Shown: positions 54,151 through 64,000 of the stretch, piece after piece
Numbering within the stretch: position 1 is the stretch's first letter
How the letters are laid out: each line of letters begins with the position of its first letter
Assembly: GCA_951406725.2 (NCBI GenBank)
Contig: OX597815.1
Location: 50,964,001 to 51,028,000, forward strand
Direction of reading: 5' to 3'
Source: Octopus vulgaris
Lineage: Eukaryota
Length of the DNA: 64,000 nt
The notes under the pieces: generated by a model
Database searches by the model: none
The model's input: only the letters and a program-made list of their open reading frames with translations
Told to the model about the DNA's origin: nothing
Translations under genes and position numbers: made by a program

Positions 54151-54672
54151 TAAAAATCTAGGTAACTAAAGATAGTCTGAGCATTGACGTTCAGTAGCTC
54201 ATAAAAAAGAATTTCTAAAATTAGCTAACCACACCAACAACAAATAAGTTAAACATTGTAGGGAAGAAACAGAAATAGAAGCACAAGTTCAAATATTTAT
54301 ATACTTACAATGAAAAGTGTCAGTATTTTTAGCCAGAGTCTTATTTGTTTATTTATTTATTCACATACTAATGTTGATATGTAACAGAAGATAATGAAGT
54401 GTATGATACCATTCACACTTTATTTTTATTTTTATTTTACTCATTTATATATTTATTTTTTGTTGTTAATCTTATTCAGAAACAAAAACTACCAACACTA
54501 TTTCCTTTATTCTTTCAGTTCCTTGCACTGACTGTCTTACACAACACCATAATTACTACTGAAAATTCTTTGTTATGCTAACTGAAAAGTTAGAAAGAAA
54601 CAAAAGGAATATGCAACCAAAATTATGTTTTAATGAGAAGGGCAAATAACAGCTGGTTGTCTATAGCTGGCA

Positions 54673-55315
54673 GATAGGATGGGTGGATGGATGGATGGAT
54701 GGATTGATGGATGAGTGGGTGGATGGATGGATGGAGGGATTGATGGGTGGATGGATGGATGGATGGATAGATGGAGGGATGGATGGGTGGATGGATAGGT
54801 GGATGGATGAAGAGATGGGTAGATGGATGGATGGAAAGATGGATGGATGGATGAATGGATGGATGGATGGATAGGTGGATGGATGAAGAGATGGGTAGAT
54901 GGATGGATGGAAGGAAAGATGGATGGATGGATGAATGGATGGATGGATGAAGGGATAGGTGGATGGATGAGTGGAAGGATGAATAGATGAGTTTGATGGA
55001 TGGATGGATGAATGAATGGATGGGTGGATAGCTGGATGAGTGGATGGATGGGTGGATGGATAGGTGGATGGATGGATGGATAGATGGATGCATGGATGGA
55101 TGGATGAGTAGATGGGTGGATGGATGGGTGGATGGATGAGTGGATGGGTGGATGGATGGATGGATGGATGGATGGATGATGGATGCATGGATGGATGAGT
55201 GGATGGGTGGATGTATTGGTGGATGGGTGGATGGGTGGATGGATGAGTGGATGGGTGGATGGATGGGTGGATGGGTGGATGGGTGGATGGATGGACAGAT
55301 GAGTTGATGGATGGT
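54673..55315. repeat. Degenerate (GGAT)n tetranucleotide tract, ~640 bp
   Basis: Direct reading; it explains the HPSI-repeat ORFs. Confidence 0.95.
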
Positions 55316-55786
55316 AAGCTATTTAGATGATTGAACTGAAAGATAGACAGTTGGATAGATGGTGGGATGGTTGAATGTCTATATAAATGGTTAGATCCCT
55401 GATGGTTGAATGGATGTTTGACTTGTTGTAAGGTGGGGATAGCTTGCTATAAATTTCTATGTAATGTGCCACACAGAATTGTACCTACACTTAGGTTAAA
55501 TGTTTTCACTTAAAATCTTAGAAGATTCTCACTGAAAGTATATTTGCTTTTGAATTAAGCTATGACTTCTGAATGGGTCAAAAAAACAATTTAGCTTGCA
55601 CCTCCAAGACAAAGTTGGCAATGTCAGTGATGAAGGAGGAGGACAACGAAAAAGGAGGATGAAGAAGAGGAGGGGAACTAATAGATATCATAAATTCTTC
55701 GATTCTCATAGTGTCATGGTCAATTGTCATCCCTAGCTAATATTGCTTCCAGTATTACATGCTAAAATGAAAGAGAAACATTATTT

Positions 55787-55926
55787 ACATTATTTACATT
55801 TGATGGATATTTGTCCTCATCTTGTTTGTTGTTAACACAATGTTTCGGTTGATATAACCTCCAGCCATAATCTGGTGTCTTGGGGATATTTTGAACCTTG
55901 GTTCTCATTCCTAAGGTATTTTTCAA

Positions 55927-55976
<50 letters not shown>

Positions 55977-56040
55977 TCACTGCCTGAAATCAAACTCGGA
56001 ATCTTAGGGTAGTAGCCCGCACTCTTAACCACTACACCAT
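55787..56040 (-). mobile_element. tRNA-head/(AAT)n/hammerhead element, left (inverted) copy
   Basis: Reverse complement of 56041-56398; hammerhead core mutated (CAGATTA). Confidence 0.85.
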
Positions 56041-56135
56041 ATGGCGTAGTGGTTAAGAGCGCAGGCTACTACCCCAAGATTCCAAGTTCAATTCCAGGCA
56101 GTGACCTGAATAATAACAACAACAACAACAACAAC

Positions 56136-56191
<56 letters not shown>

Positions 56192-56426
56192 TAATAATAA
56201 TAACATTGATGGCATGAACTGCTCTCTCACTCAATAATAATAATAATAATAATAACATCAAAAAATACCTTAGGAATGAGAACCCAGGTTTGAAATTTCC
56301 CCAAGGCATCTGATGAAGGCTGGAAGGCATATCAGCTGAAACATTGTGTTAACAACAAACAAGATGATGACAAATATCCATCAGATGTAAATAATGTACA
56401 TAATTCCTCATCTCTTAAATATAGAA
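56041..56426 (+). mobile_element. tRNA-head/(AAT)n/hammerhead element, right copy
   Basis: tggcgtagtggttaagagc (A box), aagttcaattcc (B box), (AAT)n, then the hammerhead motif. Confidence 0.85.
56306..56349 (+). ncRNA. Minimal type I hammerhead ribozyme motif
   Basis: gcat CTGATGA a ggctg gaaggcatat cagct GAAA ca TT gtgt; partner copy reads acac CAGATTA t ggctg...caacc GAAA ca TT gtgt. Confidence 0.65.
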
Positions 56427-56599
56427 GAGAAATATATCCCAACAGATTTGTCAACTTATCTCTTACTTGTGACTTCCCTAATCCTAAATACTGCTCACTG
56501 GGAGGATCCTACCCCTTACAGTCTGTGGTTTATAAAGCCACCCTTACACCAACATGAAACATTGTATGGGCATAACAGCCAATGATTTTAAGAGAAGTT

Positions 56600-57190
56600 T
56601 GATGCAACACAAATATTTCTTCAGGTGTAGGGTAAGGAAAATCTCCTTCCTTCTATCATGCTTCATCTGAAGAGAAGGAAACCAAGGAAATTACTTCCTC
56701 AGCACCACATGTTGCATCCTTGGCAGGGCTCCTCTTACTCACCTGAAGTTTATGATAGCCAACCATTTCCATAAGAAACTTCATATATTCCAGCAGCTTG
56801 TAGTATCCATCAATAGGACACCAAACCTATCCTATTATTGTCATCAGAGATATGACCTGCTAATGACCTATCTGCCACTAGCTGCTGATAAGCTAGAAAT
56901 ACCACTGTAGGCCTTTCACAATTGCAGATATTATAATCCCACCCATAGTGAGATAAATGAGTATCTAGCATATAATAATTGGGTCTTACTACCTTTCATC
57001 TATATCTATACCATGCAACCACACAAACAAATATATGACCTGACGGCACCCTGTATTAAGTTACTGAAATGTCACACCCTATAGGACACTGACTAACTGG
57101 TGCAAACATCTTATCTGCTATACCACGTGGAGCATGCAATGAAAGAACTATCACTGGTTTGCTGAAGCATCCATGTGATCTTAACTGTCC
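56600..57190 (-). mobile_element. Highly decayed LINE fragment (probably RTE)
   Basis: GC-richer tract with only weak resemblance to an RTE C-terminus. Confidence 0.3.
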
Positions 57191-57814
57191 AATAAATATT
57201 TTCACCTAACTATTTTATGTATTTTGTACAAACACAACATACACACTGCATACAAACACATACACACATATTCATGGATGTGTGTGTGATTTTATACTGA
57301 CTCATTTTATTTTCTTCCTCTGGAAGTTTTTATCCCACTTTTTCTTTATTATGATTTTAAAAAATGAGTATTCAGTACACGGGTTCAACAAGTAGGACAG
57401 TGGGTGTAATGGCAAATAGGGAGATGTAAACTTCAAATGTGTCTATGTTTGAAAGGGACATATATTTCAGAGAAATCACAAATAAATGAAGTACTATTAG
57501 AAAAGAAAAAAATGATCAGTCTTCAGAAAGCACAGTTGCTCAAAGACCTAGCTGACAGTTCTCAGACAATAAGCTTTGTGGCATCCTATATGTAGACAGA
57601 ACAATGTGTTGTTATTTAAGTTACTGTTCAGTCTCAGGTCAGCCCTTAATGAACAAATCTATGATTAAAGCATTCCAATATTGGCCACCCTGTCCTTTTG
57701 TATATCAAAAGCTGCTGCAGAAGCCAGTGTGTCCTTTCTCCTTATTTTAAAGTGTTAAGATGTGTGGTATGCGAGATTTGTTTGCTATTTCTAGTTAGTG
57801 AAGCAATTAAAGAA

Positions 57815-58080
57815 CACTGATTCTCAACCAAAGACCCTTTTCCTTTAAATGAATTTTCCAACAGACACCAGGTTTTTTAAAATCTGCCTACTCAACAAAC
57901 TATTTTTGTTTACTAACAACAAACTCTATTACTTTTCATTTGAAAAATGTACATAACTGAATAGTTATACATATTACACTACAGCCTTTTGAAATTATGA
58001 ACCCAGCACAAAAATATTTTGTACCACTTATCTGGACCCCAAACCCCAGGGATACACAGATCCCAGGTCAGAAACAACTG
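57815..58080. mobile_element. Decayed hAT/Charlie-like MITE
   Basis: cactgattctcaacc ... ggtcagaaacaactg resembles the TIRs of 21808-22470. Confidence 0.5.
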
Positions 58081-58781
58081 ATACAGAGGTTCCATTGTTA
58101 GTTCAAAGAAGGTAAGTTTATACTTGGTATAAGATTATCAATGTATAAGAGATGAAAAGTAGTTTGTGCATGAGTTAACAAGACTATATAAGGTATAAGT
58201 AAAACATAGAATTATTAGTGTAAACCCAAACACTAAGAAAGATGCAAGACCATGTTCTTCATTTCATTGATGTAAATCCTGATCTAGGTTGATGTCTCTC
58301 TAATACCTTATGAAATTATGTATACGCAATAGATGAAAGAAGAAAAGTGGCCACTAAATTTATCTAATGTTATTAGAATAAGATAAGATTATTGTCATCA
58401 AAAACTTGTGCTGAAAAATGGATGATTAGAAAGACAAACAAGAACAGTGTATCAATAAATCAATAACCAGTGATGACTTGGCACCAAATATCATCACAGA
58501 ACACTCTCAGATCACTTTTATATATGTGTATATGTATATTCAATGGAAAATAAAGGAATTCTCAAACACAAGATGGCTGTGAAGACAACTTAGAAAATCA
58601 GGTAAATGTCCTTTAGAAGATACAAAAAAGTGGTTAGCAAGCCTCTGCTGGCCACTTTTTCCTATCTTCTAAAGAGTATTTGCCCCATTTTCTAAGCTGT
58701 CTTCACAGCCTTCCTATGTTCTTCCCAAATTCCTTTCTTTTCTGTAGAATACCAACACATGCAGCACTTATAAGTTGTTTA

Positions 58782-58825
<44 letters not shown>

Positions 58826-58918
58826 CGGGAAGGTTTACGAAAATAAAAGACGAAGGCAGGTGGAGTACAAACAAACAAATGTATTAGTATGGCGCTCAGG
58901 AATAGAAATAGAACAAGT

Positions 58919-58954
58919 CTTTTACGTTTCGAAGTTACGCTCTTCGACAGAAAG
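58919..58954 (-). ncRNA. Minimal type I hammerhead-like motif (CUGUCGA core) inside pLTR-like repeat 58825-59030
   Basis: CTTT CTGTCGA A GAGC GTAA CTTC GAAA CG TA AAAG. Confidence 0.55.
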
Positions 58955-59246
58955 ATACACAGAAAAGAAACAAGGAGAGAAACAAGGAGAGAAAAAAATG
59001 TGTGTAGGAGCTAACGGTCTATCATGGCATTCTGACTTCAGGCAGAAGTCAGAGGTCAGACGTTAAACGCTAGAGGGATAGTAGGGGAGATAACAGGGTC
59101 AAGTGACTTCCAAAATGAAGGTGGCCCCAACACGAAGGTGCGTGTGTGTGTATAAGAGAGTATGTATGTGCGTGTGAAGGAGGGCTGGTGGTCTGGACGT
59201 GTGTATGTATGTATGTGTGGGTGTGGAGATATGGGGATGGGTGTGT

Positions 59247-59358
59247 GGGTGGTGTGTTGTGATGTGATGTGTAATGTGGGTGGTGTGCTGCGGGTGGTGT
59301 GTTGTGATGTGATGTGTAATGTGGGCGGTGTGCTGCGGGTGGTGTGATGTGATGTGTA
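59247..59358 (+). repeat. 45-bp GT-rich minisatellite, ~2.5 copies
   Basis: gggtggtgtgttgtgatgtgatgtgtaatgtgggtggtgtgctgc repeated at 59247, 59292 and 59337. Confidence 0.85.
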
Positions 59359-60299
59359 AAGTCGTATGGTGTAGTGTAGTGTGGTGTGATGTTGTGGGGA
59401 GGTGGGGGGGCGAGAGTGGGGAAATCCCATGTGGGTTGTGGGTTCGGCTGGGGGTTGTGGTAGAGTGGGGGTTGTGGGGAGAGTGAGAGGGGAAGAGAAT
59501 ATGACATAGATGCCCTTCTCCCACTTCCCCTATAAGCCAAGAGGCCCTTGTCTTGCAAAATCGCAGGTGCTGGTGCCACATAAAATACACCCTTGCCAGT
59601 GCCACATAAAAAGAACCTGTGTCAGTGCCATATATTTAGCACCCATGCTGGTGCTACATAGAAGACATCTATTCCATTCTGTAAAGTGAATGGCATTAGA
59701 AGAGTATCCTGCCATAGAAACCAAGCCAAAACAGTCAAGTGAAGTTTGGTGCAGCTCTCAGGCTGGCTAGTTCCTGTCAAACCGTCCAACTTATGCCAGT
59801 ATGGAAAATGGCCATTAAATGATGATGATGATGATGATGATGTGTCATATATTTATGTATGTATGTATGTATGTATGTATGTATGTATGTGTGTATGTAC
59901 ATATACATATACACCTAAAGAGAGAAAGAGAGGGAGAGATAAATAGACAGATAGATACATTTAGGAAAGAACACTGAACACATTTTAAGGAGTTTATATT
60001 CAGAATCAGAAAACATGAAATTTCACAAAAATGGAAAAAGAGAAAGCACTTCTGGTCATTCAGATATCTGTTTGTGAATAACAAAGCTCTTTCACAACTT
60101 CAATGTAAGTGATATTGTCATTTGCTTGTGAGTAATGAAGAGTGTTCTTATTTGCTGGTTCAGATCACATCATAGAATTAATAGTGTTGTTTGCTAGAAA
60201 ATGGTTTCTGCTAAATATATAAATATATTTATGTGTGCGTGTGTGTATGTGTGTGTGTGATCTATACATAACATATATATATATATATATATATATATA

Positions 60300-60670
60300 A
60301 GTTGGTTTAAGAGACAGAAGCACCCCCAAGCAACTCAATCATCATTGAATGACATTATCCACAAAATATACATATAAGGACTAAATATTAAAATTATCAA
60401 AATTAATACCTACAATTCTTATTCCAAATTACCAAATTAATACCTTCAATTCTTATCACAAATCATATACTTTACATCATTTTGACTATGCGCGTTTCAT
60501 GACAACACATTCCTCGATATTGTTGAAATAGAATGTCTCTATACAATGCCATATTAAAACGGTTATATTGCCAATCTTCAGGTCTATCTAATATGAACTT
60601 ATTTTGCTATTCACATCGTATATTAAGACACGACAAGCTACAGTTATCTAGCTAGAAGTCGTTGGAATAA
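60300..60670 (-). mobile_element. Probable Penelope pLTR next to (TA)n, with decayed hammerhead (60484-60584)
   Basis: gac CTGAAGA t tggcaata...tgttgtca t GAAA cgcgca TA gtc. Confidence 0.5.
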
Positions 60671-61479
60671 TTTTACTTTAGTGAATAATGAACAGAAATG
60701 TGGAATAAAAGTAGGAAAGAGAAATGTTACTAAAAAGAAATGTAAACTTATCTGTATGGTAATTTTCTCTCCATGAATTAAACATGGCTACCATCAATTG
60801 TATAATCCAACATTAAGAGCTACTTTGTAGGGGAGATAATTCTTATTAATATTTAAAAGTTCTTAAAAGGTATTTTCTATTATTTATAATAGAAAAGTAG
60901 GAATTCAGTTGCTTAATATAAGTTTCATTTCTCTATTCTTTTTTACCAAAGTGATTCATGAATTGACTAAGGGATCTGCAGGAAGCATCTAATTCATTGG
61001 AAGCCCACTGGAGACTTTATGTGAATGCTTGAGTCTCAAGCATTTCATTTTTGTTAATGGTAACGTTGACCACTTTTCTGTGCATTGCAGATGAATCTTG
61101 TCTGCTCAAATTTGTTATGTGTTCTGTAAACTGCTAATCTTGAAGGTGCAGGTCTTTGAAATTCTTCAGTCCATTTTTTATCTAACCATTTATGCATTCT
61201 CTGTTTTCCAGTACTGTTTAATGGCCTCCTTTCATTTATCATCGATCACATTTCCAGTCATATAATAAATATCTTAAATTAGGAATAATTATTATATTAT
61301 AGAAAGAAAGAATTAAAAAGAATGTAGACTCTTAGAATAGAAAAGAAACAGAGAAATGAAAAGAGTATTCTACACATATTAAGCAACTGTATACCTACCT
61401 TTGCCCACCCCTGTATAATTCTTACATCCATTTTTCAGTGTTGATTTGAGTTGTATGAGTCAGTTGATACACAGTGCCT

Positions 61480-61990
61480 TTTCAGTTATTGTGGCCCTTC
61501 ATCATCTCCTTTGTGAGGTTCAACATTTTAGGATCAATCCTCATCATTTCTTATCAATATCTTCTTCAGTCTTTTTCCACCAGTGGCTCCTTCTGTTTCC
61601 ATTATTTGACACTTTTATCTGGTTATCATTCTTCATACCCAACATATATCCAAACTTTATCATATTCTTCTCTCTTATATACAACAGGGGAAGCTTCTGT
61701 TACCTAGTTTTTATTTTCATTTATATTTTACTTTTTTTTCTCTGAGCATACTTGTGTTCTTGTAACCATCTATACTAACATTAAACATCTAGCAGAGCAT
61801 GCTCCTCATCATTTCTTTCCATCTTTTGCATGTCCTCCATAGTCAGCACTCATTGTATTTCATACATAAGAATCATACTGCCAGCATTTCATTCATAGAG
61901 AGAGGCCCTTTATTGCCGACAGAAACAGTAGCTTCCTGAAATTTTCCCACCCAATCACCTCTGTTATCATATCTACTTCTACTGCTGATT
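61480..61990 (-). mobile_element. Decayed RTE-clade LINE fragment
   Basis: VLTMEDMQKMERN...MFNVSI...MLREK, same family as 19270-19670. Confidence 0.6.
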
Positions 61991-62713
61991 ATATAAACAT
62001 CTCTCAATAAATATATTTTTTAAGTGTATCCCTAAGGTTTTCTATAGAACTTAGAGTCAGTGCTGGAAGTTATGATACATCAATGTAAACAATGTGGCCG
62101 AAGATAGAAAAACAGGTAAGGAGTGTATATGCATATTTCAAGAGTTATTGCTCTTTCATCAGCACCACATCCAACTGATTAACTATCCACAAACATATTG
62201 CTTAAACAGTCACTAAGTTTAGTGGTGTAACACTATTGGATAAATCAATTTTATATATTAAAAACATTCCTGGCAACTGGTACATACATATTAACTGCTG
62301 GTATTTCGTTTTGCAACCATAATATATAAACATGTATTTGTAGATAGTTTATGAATGGGATGTGGTACTGAAGAAAGAGCAATAACTCCTGAAATCTTCA
62401 TATACACCTATTACATATTTTTCTATCTTTGATGGCATTTTTTTACATAGACATATTCATATGCAAAGTATTACAACTTTCAGTGCTATCTTTAAATTCT
62501 GTAGAAAATCTGTAGAGATTACACTTAAAAAATAAAAACAACACACCACTAACACAAAATAGGACACAATATTAACTTATAAACCTTTAATATACTTAAT
62601 AGTAGTTTATGGCAGGAAAACGAAATATAGGGTCCCTACCAGCAACTAATTTATAAATATAATGATGCCTATCTAGGTACTCTCACAATATTAAGGACTT
62701 GGAAACATTTTAA

Positions 62714-62924
62714 TACTTGAGTGCTTAAACAGGCCATATCCAACCCAAATACTCTACCTGTTTTATATTGAAACCAGTCAGATCAAACCTCTCATACCCA
62801 TAATATTCTAAAAATACACAATCATGTCAACAAAATCTTAAACCCACAAATAATACATGATTAATTCAAAACAATGTGAATAAATAAGTATTACATTTAA
62901 TAAAGTGATCTGAATGCTAATAGG
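62714..62924. mobile_element. piggyBac-like MITE, second copy
   Basis: Homologous to 34325-34543; TTAA at 62710-62713 and 62925-62928. Confidence 0.7.
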
Positions 62925-64000
62925 TTAAACATTTAGGACTCTCTAGGTGCCATAGTTTGTGATGATCTTTATATAACACAGAAATATAACTGACACCAGA
63001 GTTTATTCTTTCATGGTATAAATCATTACTTCTTCGGTGGACTATATATCCCATATATTTAAGTTACTTGTTGAAGGTAAGCCATATATTTATGTAAATA
63101 TACATACCATTTCATTCTCCTCCTTCAATAATCGATTGCTATCAAAGATACAAAGCCACACAATTTAGTAGGCTGTTACAGTCAATTATATTGACTCCAG
63201 TAATTGACTATACTTAAATTATCGAACCCAGATGATAAAAGGCAAAATTGATCCTGAAAGGATTCAGATTCAGAATATAAAGGGACATAACTAAACACCA
63301 CAATGCCTTTTGTCTGACACTCAACATATTCTGCCAATCCACCTCTCTCAAATCATAAAAATTAGCAATAAAAGCCATTACAGCTTATTGATATATTTCA
63401 AGTAAGCACATATGCATATATTGATTAAATAATGATTTACAGACTTTTCCAAGATACCTCTCCCAATTACTTCACCTATACGGTGGACTTGCTTGACCCC
63501 TTGATTGTTTCACTTTATATAATTTTTACCAGTTGACTTTTTGGGTATTGCCCAAGTTGCAAATTAAATATATATATTTGGTGGATTGGTGGGGAAAGGG
63601 ATGGGGGAGCATAATTTTTTTTTTTCAATCCTGATTACTGACATCTGGTAAATGTTAGCCAAATTTTAGCAGCCACGCCTCCTGTTATTGGAATCCATTC
63701 AATACGTTTTTGATCATTTCTTTTATTTTAAACACTGCTGCTTAAAAACATATTAAGCCATTTCATCAAATAATGCCAGTTTATTACAATGGAAAAGAAT
63801 GCAAAATAAATATACAAAGGCTTATAATTTCTAAAACAGTATAATTACTATTTTGTTCTAATATATCACTATTGTTGTGTTATGATATAATGACCTCAAC
63901 TGTTATTAAAAAAAACAACATTATTTCTACAAGTGACAATGAAATAATAGTTTCAAATTTTGGTACATGGTCAGCAATTCTAGGAGAGGGTTATGTCGAT

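Noticed and set aside
54623-55188. 156- and 175-aa HPSI-repeat ORFs
   Set aside because: Artefact of the (GGAT)n tract.
59056-59605. Pro/His/Thr-rich ORFs of 124-169 aa
   Set aside because: Derived from a GT-rich minisatellite and low-complexity tract.

Overview
AT-rich, gene-poor eukaryotic DNA saturated with microsatellites and interspersed repeats. The repeat families look like those of an octopus (coleoid cephalopod) genome; this is inferred from recall, not from a search. No host protein-coding gene can be supported, and almost all ORF-track entries are translations of microsatellites or transposon debris. Identifiable content: several tRNA-derived or RTE-related SINE families in many copies; a ~2.9 kb 5'-truncated, frameshifted L1/Tx1-clade LINE; a full-length decayed mariner; several RTE-clade fragments; two Dong/R4-type restriction-like-endonuclease fragments; Penelope-like (GIY-YIG) elements; a complete non-autonomous Helitron; hAT-, piggyBac-like and other MITEs. 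The most interesting signals are RNA-structural: (i) a spacer-less head-to-head palindrome of an element built as tRNA-like head + (AAT)n + minimal hammerhead ribozyme; (ii) three copies of a minimal hammerhead with a non-canonical CUG-U-N-GA core; (iii) an intact hammerhead with a long stem II downstream of a Penelope GIY-YIG. There are also microsatellite-targeted retroelement insertions, a ~190-bp foldback and a ~0.8-1.1 kb inverted duplication. Boundaries of decayed repeats are approximate and family names come from motif recognition only.
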